A DNA stretch of 64,000 nucleotides from Vicugna vicugna. Its lineage: Eukaryota. The notes beneath the pieces were generated by a model that saw only the letters and a program-made list of their open reading frames with translations, made no database searches and was not told where the DNA came from. The translations under genes and the position numbers were made by a program. Where the stretch lies: the NCBI GenBank assembly GCA_013265495.1, contig MU058103.1, forward strand, positions 560,001-624,000, read 5' to 3'. This document shows, piece by piece, positions 1 through 12,329 of the stretch; positions within the stretch are counted from its first letter, which is position 1, and each line of letters starts with the position of its first letter.

Positions 1-1206
1 TACCATAATTAACCATAATGATAATGATTGTATCATCATCATCATCATCATAAACCCGTAGAGCTTTGCAGATAGCCATCACAAGTGTTTTGAATTGATT
101 CTGTATAGAATACAATAAAATGTTTGAATGAAGGATTAATATGATTGAATTTAGATTTGATGGGCTGTTCTGTTGTCAGAGTTGGGGGTGGACTGTGATG
201 GAAAAATTTGGAGGCAGAGAGACCAGTTTGGGCAGTGACTCTTTCTTGAGAATGCCTCAGGAAAATTGAGATAGTGGTAGAAGACTGATTACCGAGCCTC
301 ATCCCAGGAATTAGATTTTCTAAGAGAGAGCAGGAATAATATTTCTTTACAGAAATTAACTTTTAATAAAAACAGAAACAATAATCATAAACTACAAACA
401 GCTAAAATCAAGAACCCAGAATTCAAAGCCTATTTTATCATATATGTTAGTTTCAGAAGGCAGAATATACATATTTATATGTGTCCTAATCATGAAATTA
501 AACTGTTCATGGCTCCAATTGCCATCATCTGAGATTATCCATTTCTATGTTGGCTGCACCAGAGTCTGTTGCAAGATGGTTTGTCAAGATTTTTCCTTTA
601 AAAAAAAAAAATGGCCTTGTCATCCCCAGGAGGGGCCTAAGGCTGCGTGTGGAGGGATATAGAAGTTTCCACTGGCAGCTACTTGCTAAACTGAATATAC
701 TTAGCTTAGCTTGTCAAGTCCTAGAATTGTTTGATTTCCTGCAGGAAATGTTTGCCTTTGAAAACTCCAGTGGGTAAATAGCTTTTTCACCTCTGCTCAA
801 GGGAATGAGTCTAACATTGTCTGAAGATGAGATTCATCCCCTGGAGGAGGTACCGAGCATCTAATGAGCTTAGGAACAAATCAGAAAAGCAGCAGGGGGT
901 GGATTACTACTCCCACCTATCCGTGGTTCCATGAAGAAGTCCGTTTTAGATGTTTGCATGCGCGCACTACCCGTTTACACTGAGTTTTGCCTGTGTGCTG
1001 TATTGGATATGTATAACTCTACTATAGAAACACATCTTGCCACATTGTACGTTGTGAAAAGTGTATGATTTTGCTCCTTGGGGTGCATTCTATTTAAATA
1101 TTCATTAATGCATTATCCACCAGGAATGTACTTTTATCTTTTTTATGTCTGATATGAGTCCTGCTTCTGGTACTTTAAGCCAGAGCAACTTATACCCACA
1201 TAGTCA

Positions 1207-1271
1207 TACACACACACACACACACACGCGTGCGCGCACACGCACGCACACACACATATACTCACACACAC
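1207..1271. repeat. (CA)n microsatellite with CG/TG interruptions
   Basis: Direct reading: acacacac...acgcgtgcgcgcacacgcacgcacacacac. Confidence 0.9.
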
Positions 1272-2089
1272 AAGAAGGCATATATCCCCTAAAACAGTGA
1301 CTGCCTATAGGTTATTACCAACAATTGCTCCCATGACCTCAGATTGAACTTGTTTATTAGCTAATACCCCCTCTTTCTTTCATTAAGATTTCTTCCCAAC
1401 TCAAATTCTTAAGTGAAGCATCTGACATTGGCCCCTTGGACACTGTTTTTATATTTGTTCACACTGGCATTTCATCCTCAATTCTAATGGATTTCCACTT
1501 GTCTTATTCCTCTGGCTATAGTCCTTGCTACTTACGGAGAAGTTCTGCTCTAGTTCGGTCCTCTTGGAGCTCAGGTTGCTATAGTGGCCCTTTGACTGAT
1601 GGTTTAACTCTACAAGCTCAAAGGAACAGATGAGCTGAAAATTGTTTTAAGCTCTAATCTTGTACATTTAGAATTAATCCAAATAGAAATTTTGTAGGAA
1701 AACTTTTATCAGAAAAAAATTTTTCCCTGAAGCAACACTGGGCTGATGGTGGAAGAAAGAGAAAAAATAGGCTGATGAGAGAGGATCCTGAATGTAGCAC
1801 ACTCTCTAGATGAGCTCATTCTGTTGTTGTTGCTGTTGGTTTGTTTTTATTTTAAGGTTACATAGGGAATTAAATCCCTTCTCTTATAGAGAAACAAAAG
1901 CATGATTTTGCTTTGCTTTGTGTTGTTTGCAAGGGCATAGAATTGTGTTGCATATGCATCCCAAACATTTTCTAAATATCTTAAAATATGCCAATTCTCA
2001 TAACCAGTAAGTGACAGTCAAGTACCCTGTTCCTTCTCATCATTTTGCATTTCCTGGGTTATTTCAGTAGCCTCCTGACTTAGGTCTCT

Positions 2090-2381
2090 GTTTCTGCCAT
2101 TGCCCCACTTCAGATTTTTCATCTCATTGAACGTAAAACAAAAGTCCCTATTGTAATCTATAAATTTTTCCATGATTTCACCCCAATTCAGTCTCTGATC
2201 CCAATTCTTGATATTCTTCTCTCTCACTTCTTCTGCCTTCCTTGTTGTTTCTTAAACTTGTCAGGCACACAGATACCTTAGATCCATTGCTCTAGTTTCT
2301 ATTAGTCACATAAATCTCGTTCTCCAGATATCTACATTGTTAGCTCCTTCACCTCCTCCAGCTCTTTACTTAAAAGTCAAC
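2090..2381 (+). mobile_element. L2 LINE fragment (left part, interrupted by the L1 at 2382-6091)
   Basis: L2-like text tccttcacctcctccagctctttacttaaaagtcaac; it resumes at 6092 with aagtcaacctcagtgtgcagatttcccagacagcc. Confidence 0.6.
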
Positions 2382-5300
2382 TTCTTGGGACTTCTGCTTT
2401 TGAAACTATGGAGCATCTGGGACCAGATTTATTCTCTTACAAATAATGAATAGAAAATGAGACCAAATAGCTTTTTCATAGGAAAAAAAAAAGACCTGTT
2501 TTCAGACAAGATCAAAAGGAAAGGACTGTGGTCCCTAAGAGAAAAGAAACAGAAAAGGTGAGTTTTACAATTTTGTTAGCACTCTGTCTGAGGCATTTTC
2601 TACACAAAGGTGCAAGGAGAGGAATCCCAAGAAAAGTGCAGTGGTTTATGTAAGTTGAAAAGATAGAGATCAGAAGTTGGAGAAACAATGGCAACAGCAG
2701 TTTGAGAGGTAGCATGCCTTAAAAAAAAAGGAGAAAAAGGCAAGCTGTCCAAAAAAGCAGCAGAACTCTACTTAGAAGTCCCTTGACTCTGGCTGAATAC
2801 TACACACATTATTAGACAAACACAGGGTTACTACACTTAGTAATATACATGCATAGATTTAAACTCTGTAAGAATGGCAAGGAACAAGCAAGGAATCGTA
2901 AACTAAACATGGTTGGGAGGCATTCATGTTCTAAGAAGGCAGAAGAAAGTCCTTGTTAAATGCCTGGAAGATTCATCAAAGACACCAGAGGGTCATACCC
3001 TTATAGTAGTGCTGAACTAGCCATAGAATAAAAGCTACTCTAAACCTGTTATAACAAGCCTGAGATAATTAAGCTGATCCACAGGTTTAACTTCTGTTAG
3101 AACAAAATGTAGTATTATTTAAAAGAAGAGAATAAAGTCAATAAAGAAGATCAAGTCAATAAAGAAGATCAAAAATGACATAGATGATAGTACCAAAGAA
3201 TGTTAAAGTAGCTACTATGGTTATGTAGAATTTAGAGGAAATTATGCATAGAATGAGGAAAGAAATAAAAGATATAAAATAGACTCAAATGAAATCTCTA
3301 CTTACAGAAGTAAAGATTTCCAAAGGCTGGGGGGAAGCTGAAGAGCATTGATGGGATTAATATCAGATTAGACACAGCAGAAGAAGGATCAGTAAACTTG
3401 AAGGCATAGCAATGGAAACTACCCAAAGTTAAGCACATGTATGTATGTATATATACATATATATACATACATATGACTGAAAAATAAATAAAATAAACTG
3501 AGCCTCAGTGGCCTGTGGTATCAAGGAATGTAACATTTGAGATTCACAAGAAAATGGTGGGGGCTTGGGGCTAAGTGAGAGTCCTTGAAGAAAATATGGT
3601 TGAAATATTTTCCAAATTTGAAGAAAACTATAAAACAATGGGTACAAAAAGTTCAAGAAAGCACAGCAGGATACTCATAAACAGAACAAGGTATACAATA
3701 GTCAAATTGCTGAAAGCCAGTCATAAAGGAAAAGAAAAACAAAATAAAAAAAAAGAACTAGCCAGATTAAAAAATACACATTATGAATACAAAAACAAAG
3801 AAAAATAATTAATGCTGACTTATTACCTGAAATCTGTCTTTGTAGTTGAAATAATCCATCAAAATCAAGTTACTGAACCAACAATTGAAAAACAGTAAAT
3901 ACTCCCCTGTAACAAAAAACTGAAAAAAGTAAATAATTTCCTGTAAAGAAAACTGTAGGCCCAGATATCCACATTAGTCTACTTTATCATATATTTAAGA
4001 AAGAAGCACCACCAATACTGCCAACTATACTGAAAAAGATAAAAGAGACACTTGTCACCTAATTTTTTAAAATGAGTGTTACCCTAATGACAAAGCTGGA
4101 CAAAGATAGCATGCAAAAGTAAAACTACCAAACCAAATCACTCTGTAGTATAGACATAAAAATTCATAACAAAGTATTAGCAGATTAAACTGAGCAACTT
4201 ACAACATGTAGTAAGATACTCTGACCAACTGGAGTTTATCTCATAAAAACAAAATTAGTTTAACATTTGAAAATCAATCAGTATAATTAATTCCAAGATA
4301 AAAAAGAAAATGTGATCATTTTAATAGATTCAGAAGAACTGTTTGACAATATTAAACTCCTATTTATTATAAAACTATCTCAAGGGCATCTATAAAAAAT
4401 CTATATCCAATATCATACTTAATAAAAGAGTGACTAGTTTTCCTTAAGATAAGGAACAAAGAGTAAGTATTTCCCATCTACTTTGTACTGGAGGTTCTAA
4501 TCAGGGCAATAATATTAAAATAAACAAACAAAAAGCATAGAGTTTGTAGGATTGGTAAGGAGTAAATAAAGTAACGCTTATCTGCAGATAAATGAGCATA
4601 AAAAACTACATAATATATAAAGAAATATATTTTAAATAGTAAGTGAAATTAGCAATATCTCAGGAGACACAGTCAATATATAAAATTTTTATTTTATTTT
4701 TCTGCGTTATCAATTGATAATTAGAAAACACAATTCCCATAAAAGTCCCAATAGGAATTGTTTGTAGAAGAAGACAAGATTATTCTAAAATATGTATGTG
4801 GAAAAGCAAAAAGACAAAACAAAACAAACAAAAAACCCACAAGGGAGAAAAACGAAGTTGGAGGGCTTACATTACCCAACTTCAAGATTTTAAAGTTTAT
4901 TCTAAGTCTATAGTAATCAAGACAATATGGTATTGGTTTTGGGATAGGTAATCAATGGAAATGAATAGAGTCCATAAATAGACTACGCATAAATGGTCAA
5001 CTAGTTTTTTCCAGGAGTGCCAAGGTAATGCAATGGGGAAAATGATAAGTTTTTTCAACAAACAGCACTAGAACAACCAGATTTCCATATAGAAAAAAAT
5101 GTATCTTGACTCCTAGCTTATATTATATATATAAAAAAATCTAACAGGATTGTGGACCTAAATATAAATGCTAATATATTATAAAACATCCATAAGAAAA
5201 CATATGAGAAAGTCTTCATGACCTAGAGATAGGCAAAGGTTTCTTAGACAGGGCATAAAAAGCATGGAACATTCAAGAAAAAGCAATATTGTGCTCTTCA

Positions 5301-6091
5301 AAGGACACCATTAAGAAACACGCTCAGCATCATTCAACTTCCAAGAAACGTACATTAAAACACCGGAACAAAACACTGACAACACTATGTGTTGATGAAG
5401 ATGTGAAGCAATTCGATCTTGCATGCATTGTTACTGGGAGACTATATCATTATAGTCACTTTGAAAAAGTTTGGTAGTTCCCTTTTTAAAGTTAAACCAA
5501 CACCTTCCATATGCCCCGACAGTTCTAGATAGTAACTCACTAGAAGTGAAAGCATACACCTGTTGGTAGATGTGTACACAAATTTTCATATTAGTAATAA
5601 GTAATACACAAATTATAATAGTAAAAAGTGGAAAGAACCCAAATGTCCAATGAGTTGAATATAATAACTGAGTGTAGTAAATTCCTTAAATGAAAATAAA
5701 TAAAAGTATATTTTAAAGATAAATAAATAGGGTCAAATTGATGAACACAATAATATAGATGAATCCCTTAAATCATATAAACAATATGCTGAGCTGAAGA
5801 AGTCAGATACAGAAGACTATGTGCTATAAGATTCTGTTTATGTCAAATTTTAGAAGGGGAAAATCTAATGTATAGTGTCAGAAAGCAGATTAGTGGTTTC
5901 CTGGAGTCCCCAGATCAGGGCTCACTGGGAACAGGACATAGGAAAGTTTTTAGGGTAGTGGAGATGCTCTATAGGTTGACTATAGTGGTGCTAATAAGGA
6001 TACATACACATTGTCAGCCTTTACTAAATGGTGCACTTAATATGCACACTTCAGTGTATATAAATTATAATTCAATATAATTAATCATGAG
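2382..6091 (+). mobile_element. Old LINE-1 (L1M-type), internally deleted: 5' UTR, ORF1 remnant, ORF2 remnant, 3' UTR
   Basis: ORF 3575-3808 is ORF1p-like (VLEENMVEIFSKF...TRYTIVKLLK); ORF2-like DNA at ~3900-5330 (atagattcagaagaactgtttgacaa, ctatagtaatcaagacaatatggtattgg); L1 3' UTR at 5330-6080; candidate TSD aagtcaac(t/c)tc at 2374 and 6092. Confidence 0.85.
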
Positions 6092-6300
6092 AAGTCAACC
6101 TCAGTGTGCAGATTTCCCAGACAGCCTTATACAAAATTTTGACTACCTATCCCTTTCCTGACACCCCTCCTTGCTTCCATTGTTATCTTTATCTTTATCT
6201 TTTATCTTTAGCAATTAACGCTTGCTCATCTGCTCTGCATTAATTTATTTTATATTATGTATGTACTACACTACTAGAATAGAAGTTCTATGAAAGCAAT
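6092..6300 (+). mobile_element. L2 LINE fragment (right part of the split L2)
   Basis: L2 3'-region motifs such as actagaatagaagttctatgaaagca; continues the 2090-2381 piece. Confidence 0.55.
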
Positions 6301-6364
6301 CAGCTTCCTATTATTTAAGTAACAACAATTTTGAGAACTAATTCAATATGAAAAATGAGATAAT

Positions 6365-6574
6365 AAAGTATCAATAAAGATATTATTTAATGCTGGGTAA
6401 GTAATTTAGGGAACTTGCCTTATCTATTCTAAGATCTTTTCTATTGTTACAGTATAAATCCTATAATTCTGCCTGGAAGCACATTTCTTCTACTGATGAT
6501 AAGACATCTCCTTTGCACACCCACAGGTTTAAAACTCCAAAGCAATTGTTTTTTTTCACAAATTTTCATATTGT
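6365..6574. repeat. Unclassified ~200-bp diverged direct repeat, copy A
   Basis: Aligns by eye with 9405-9606; blocks of 21/22 and 21/24 identity at a near-constant offset of ~3040 bp. Confidence 0.8.
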
Positions 6575-6864
6575 AAGTTTCTTTCATCTTCTATGGTTCT
6601 CAAGATGGAGGAGGAAAACTGAGATGTGCAGTCTTCGTGCTAGAAAACAAATGGTGTAGTGTGCATACCATTATCTTTCTACAACCCAATTTTTAAGGGC
6701 TCCTGAGTGTTTGGAGACTCCTGGGATTTCTTTGAATGGTTTCATTATTTGGTTTCAAAAGATACTTACATTTATATCCAATGTTTATCTGTTTTGTGAA
6801 TTCCAAGACTTTTTTATGTCTACCGCTTCTTCAAATAGTCAACAGCCCTTTCACTGTTCATCAG

Positions 6865-7010
6865 AGCACAATGTAGTGAAAAGGTCTTGTTCTGGGCCAG
6901 AGGCATGTCAGAATAGTAGCTCTACCACTTTTCTTGGGAAATGTTAACAACATTCCTATATGTTGAATCTTCATTTTACTCATCTGAACAAAGAAGATTA
7001 TAGTATCAGT
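6865..7010 (+). mobile_element. MIR SINE fragment
   Basis: Degenerate MIR head and core (gctctaccact...cttgggaa...cattttactcatctgaa). Confidence 0.55.
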
Positions 7011-7069
7011 TGTGGAGTGTGTCATATATGCCTTGCAGAGGAAGGAAGGTTGACTGGACCTTCTCTTGG

Positions 7070-7690
7070 TTAGTTCTCATGTTAAATTGAGGTGACAGAT
7101 AAGCCCAGCTGAAATAAACAACTGGAAATTTATTAGCTCACATAACAAGGGGTTGATGGTGGGGACTGTTGGTTGAGCACATTCTCCCTGTCTTTCTGTA
7201 TAATATTGCTCAGTTTATTTTTCTAGTCCTTTCATTTTGGCTCCCCTCAATGTTTCCAAAGTAGCTGTTCCCACATGATAAGCATGTGACATTGACCAGA
7301 GGTAGAAAATAAAAGTGTTTTGTGTATATTTTTAAGAAAGCAGGAAGAGCTTCCAAAAAAAAAAAAACCACACAAAAAACAAAAAACACAACATTGTAAA
7401 ATGATTATAAATCAATAAAAAACGTTAAAGAAAAAACCCCCCAAAAAAGCCTACCAGACTCCCTCTCACAAAATCTGACCCAAAGGTCCAGATTTGCATC
7501 TCCCTGTCAGGAGACTGCTAGGAAATCACTAGACAAGGTGACTGGAGTTACTGTGATTGATTTCCACTAATCAAAATGCACCATATGGGACTGGGAAGGC
7601 ACCCAGCATCCCTTTCGAGACACATTTATCTAACCAGAAAAATATTAAGGCCCTGTTAGCAAGGGTGAAACAGGCTATTTGGTAGGAAAC
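7070..7690 (-). mobile_element. MLT1-type MaLR solo LTR (old), interrupted by a short L1 tail
   Basis: Typical reverse MLT1 text ggaaatttattagctcacataac and ctgttagcaagggtgaaacaggctattt. Confidence 0.55.
7355..7448 (+). mobile_element. Extremely 5'-truncated young L1 3' terminus with A-rich flanks
   Basis: 7386-7408 acacaacattgtaaaatgattat is identical to 26260-26282 of the young L1; followed by AATAAA and an A-rich tail. Confidence 0.75.
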
Positions 7691-7821
7691 CAAGGAGACA
7701 TTAACTTCTAGGGAATTTGTCATCATCTGAAGTCTGGTGACAGTGTTATTGCTGACCCAGAATTCAAACTGTGTGACACATTGGTAGTGTCTTCATTTCT
7801 GTAGGAGATAGGGATCTGTTG

Positions 7822-7823
7822 GT

Positions 7824-7886
<63 letters not shown>
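7822..7886. repeat. Compound (GT)n(GA)n microsatellite
   Basis: Direct reading. Confidence 0.95.
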
Positions 7887-7890
<4 letters not shown>

Positions 7891-8609
7891 AAAAGATAAT
7901 AAATGATCAATTTTGTCCTGTAGACAGAAATGCTGCTATTTTTGGTTCTGACTCTGACCCCAGGATTTCATCATCAGACTGTTGCTTGGAAAACCAGAAC
8001 TCAGGACTCAGAATTGTTATTTAACCTTAAGGAAATGTCTTGTTTTCTCCCCTGAAAGTGACTTGTGAATGCCTACATCTCTGAGGAATAAACTTATCAT
8101 GCAAGTATAGATGTTTGTATCCCTTGAATAGAGAAAGCCTTTGGCACTTTTTTTTTTTTTAAATCTCAAGTTCAGTCATTTTCACATCTCTCTGGGAAAC
8201 TTACTGCTTTCTGGGAGACATGTCCGAATTTCTAACACCACAGACCATACTGCCAAATAGCAAAAGCATATCTGTTTTTTACACTTATGTTCTGCTCTAG
8301 GTTAACTGATTTGTAATTGTTTATGTAGGTCTTATTTAGACAGGTTCTGATGAAATCGATTTAGTTTCTCCTTACTGAATTAAAACTGTGACTTACCTAG
8401 GTCTCAGAAATTATTCCTAAATTATTTTAGTTGGAATTAAGAGTGACCCACTCCCTGATTTTCTTACATAGAAAGTTAATTATTAAAAGTTAAATTATAA
8501 TTATTAAAATGAATTTACTAGATTATTCAACTTATTCAGTTTATTTCATTGACCTCCGTAATCTTTAAGGGACATTTTAACTGTTGTCCCCGTATAGTTT
8601 CAATAGGAC

Positions 8610-8720
8610 AAATTTTTAAGGATTAACTGCATTTGTAAATGTGAAGAATCTAGCATACTGAATGACATGACTGGCCTGCACACAGTAGGCACTCAGTAAA
8701 TGTGAAATGCTACTAGTATT
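8610..8720 (+). mobile_element. MIR 3' fragment
   Basis: aaggattaa...tgtgaagaatctagca...gcacacagtaggcactcagtaaatgt. Confidence 0.6.
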
Positions 8721-9404
8721 TTGTTCTGGAAAATTAGAATTATGACACCTACCTATTGATGTTATTATAGAGAGGCAATTAAATGTTATCCACATAGATG
8801 CCAAGTACAGTCCTCAGCTTCTATATAGGAACTCAATAAATGTTAATTTCATTCTTTCCTCTGCCTACTAAACAAAATATCCAGAGGAGTAATAACACTA
8901 CCTTCATGATCCTATATCACCCCAGCAAAATAATCTCCTCTTCTTGGAAGAGAGAAACCAGTAAAATCTGGTTTCAATTTATTTAGAGTATTCTCTGCTT
9001 CTGACAGCGTAAAATAAATCCCTGCTATGAAATAACCTTTCTGCTGATCTATGTACAATGATAACTCAGTAGCACCTAGTCCTTTTTGGATAAATAAATT
9101 AAGAATACTCTGTTTCAAGAATGCAACAAACATACTAGTCCTCTGAAGAAACTACCCATTACAGACACGGCAGAGTTACTGTGGATAGCAGCGGGTGTTG
9201 GCGAGTGCAAGCTCTAGGCATTTATAACTCTGAGTGCTACTGCCTGCTTGGAAGAATTTGCTATTTACTTCCAACTGAGGACAATTAGACTTAAATTCCA
9301 AAGCCACACATCAGGTAAGCGAAAAAAGAAGAGCAGGGGAGGGAGTGACTCTGGTAATTTAGGTAGCTTGATTCTTATCTTTTGTGGTTAGTCAGGTGAA
9401 GTGT

Positions 9405-9606
9405 AAAATATCAATAATAATGCTCCTTAATGCTGGATAATTGCATTTGGGAAGCTTGCCTTACCTGTTCCAAGATCTCCCTGAGAGATTCAGTTCCATA
9501 ATGCTGCATAGCAGTGCATTTCGATGACTGATTATAGGTGAGACATTTCCTTTGCACACCCAGGGGTAAAAACTTCAAAGCAATTTTCACAAATTGCAAC
9601 ATTCTA
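9405..9606. repeat. Unclassified ~200-bp diverged direct repeat, copy B
   Basis: Aligns with 6365-6574 (agacatttcctttgcacaccca; cttgccttacctgttccaagatct). Confidence 0.8.
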
Positions 9607-12329
9607 GAGTAGATGATGTTTGAAGTACAATTTTCATGCAGTTTAAGATTACTTTTCTGGCTGGAGAATTTTTGAGCTTCTGTTGTAGATGGGCATTGTC
9701 AATCGTGGTAGATGAACAAAGAAATAAACCAGAAAATCATTGGCTCTCTCATTTACCCTTTTATTTCTAGGGAGCATGTTAATTTTTGTACTAAATGGCA
9801 CCAAGTTATCATCTTGAAATGAATGATAGTTGTTACTCATATTGTCCCAGTGCATATGAAAATAGTTGGCTCTGGTTTGGCAATTGTAATACTTAAAGTT
9901 TGGGCAGCATGAGTGGTGGAAGTCTGGGTTCATAAGTGATCAATTCATTTATATATCCATTTCTGTGTGCTTTATGCAAATGTTTGTAAGTTTCAGAAAC
10001 TCTGTTGAATATTTCCAATAGATGTTAAACTGCCCATTGCTCATACAAAGGACAGAGATGTGTGACCAGATTATTGGGTAGGATTTTCAACACATAATAA
10101 ATGCTTAATCTCCCACTTGCTTTTTGTAATCAAGGTACAAAATAACATACCCAGCACAATGCCCATATTACGATAGGTATTCACTAAGTATTAGTGAATG
10201 AAGAGTAGTAACCTACACAAGGGCCCTTCATAGTAAGGTTAAATAAGTCATGAGTCATAAGCACCTAGCATAGTGGTTGTTTGCCCTACAGAATTTGAAT
10301 CTGCATGTTGGTAATCCATGGCTTTGTCAGAGTCTGCCTGCTTATCCAGCTACTCAAGAAAGCAGGAAAGGATAGACTAGTGAATATTGTTCATCCAATC
10401 CTGTAGGAGCCTAAGTTTCATTCATGTATCAACTAAAATCAGCAGAAAGAAGTATGATTTGTAACAAATTGCCTTTATCCACAACCGAATCGAATTTGAT
10501 GACTTTCACTTTAATCTTAAAACCTGGACTATTAATCACTTTTGCATTTATTATAGAAACATTATAGTGGGAAGTGTATGAATCTTAGAGTAAGACAGAA
10601 AAGTGTCAGAAGTGTTATTAATGGGGTCATTTTGAAAACTTCTCATTTATAAAACACTGACCTTGAAATTATAGGAAAATATGCAGGTGATTTCCATGAA
10701 GTCCCTAAAATACAGCATGGCATATGCTGGGTATCCCTTGAGTATCCTAGAATCTGTATACTTGCTGTCATCATTATGTAGTAGAGGTAATATTAGTATT
10801 ATTGCTCTTATTTGAATTTTATTCATGATTCCAAAAACATTATACACTAGGTCACATGAACTCTCATCTCAAATTTAGTAGATGATAAGTTTATTTTAGA
10901 ATTAATATTAGGAAAACCTTTTCTTTTCTTGAAGCAAACACCCTTTTTGCTGATAGAGCTATGTATAATGTTGTGTTTCTTTTTTTGTCATTGTTGACAG
11001 GAATACAAACCAAATTTTAATTTTAGCTCACAGTGCCAGTGATAATCCCAAAATGACTAAAATTACTTCTTTTTAAAAAAATCCATAATTCTCACTTTTC
11101 TAATTGTATCTGTTATTTTTCTCTTTGCTATTATGACTTTTGTAAATCACCATAAATTCTTTTTGAAAAGACATTTGATTTAATCAAATGAAAGCATTTA
11201 CAACAGGATTAAAATTGATGAGTACTGGGATAATTTATGCTTTGCTTTGTTTTGCGCAAAACTAACTTCAATCTTTGCCCATAATACCCTTAAAAAACAT
11301 TTTTAAGATTACATACTATTTATGTTATAAGTTTTGGCCCATTTGTATTAGCTCGGTTTGAACTGCATATTTTTATGACCCATTTAAGAAAACTGAGAGA
11401 GAGATTTGTGTCTTTTTTTACATTAGATTTAGACATTTGTGACACAAAGCTATGTTTTATTCTGTAATATTAATTTTAACTTTAGGATAAATTATAATTT
11501 TCCTGAGGCAATTCAGTTTATTTATTGATTAAATAATTGAATGGGCAGAACCCCATTTTATGATTAAACATAAGTTCAGTCTTTAAAGCTCTGTGCTATC
11601 AACCCTGTTCTATTTAGAGCCAATCTACCACAAATATAAATACATTAATCTTCTATTTTAAAAAAGATGTGCCTGTTGAAACTTCAGATTCTGGGTTTAG
11701 ATTCATGATCACATCAGCACAGTTGTAACAACAGCATCATATTTCATGAGATGAACAGCAGATAACCTGTCCCTTCGTTAACTCATCCACCAAGCATTGA
11801 GCACCTCTATGCATGAAGCCTAATGGGACAAAGATTATTACATTTTCCCAGTTCTCAAAGAATTCTGGGATTGGAAGGGAAAGAAATGTTGATGAGCCAT
11901 TGAGACACAACAGGAGAAATATTAAAATTGAGGTTTGCAGGAGTTCCAATGCTAGCATAGAACAGGTAGTTCAGAAAAATAATTTTATAGCAGGTGATGT
12001 TTAAGTTGGTTCTAGCTGATACTTGGAATTTTCCAGTCGGCTAAGGTAGGAAGTGTATTCTAAACATGTGCAAAGACAGGATGATAGGTGATATCAACAG
12101 AACATATTCAGGAAACTAATCTGTTCAATACAGAAAACAGTCCTCAACTGTTCATAGAATAGCAAAACCCAAAGGAGTCTGAAAAGACTGTGAAGCTTGA
12201 ATTATGATATATTAGTGTTCCCTCCTTGTCTTGGTAAGAACTACCAGCATTAGTTTATAGGCACACTCTGATCTAGAGAAGAGTCAGTGTCTTACTCATC
12301 CCTGAACCTTCAGTCAAGACAATGCTATC

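Noticed and set aside
889..902. CTCF-like gcagcagggggtgg
   Set aside because: It mismatches key positions at both ends of the core and is weaker than the sites reported.
8020..8110. Third, inverted copy of the 6365/9405 repeat (aaggaaatgtct match)
   Set aside because: Only a 12-nt exact match with scattered short similarities; not distinguishable from chance without an HMM search.
9974..9981. Isolated octamer ATGCAAAT (also at 48422 and in L1s)
   Set aside because: Several occurrences are expected by chance in 64 kb of AT-rich DNA.
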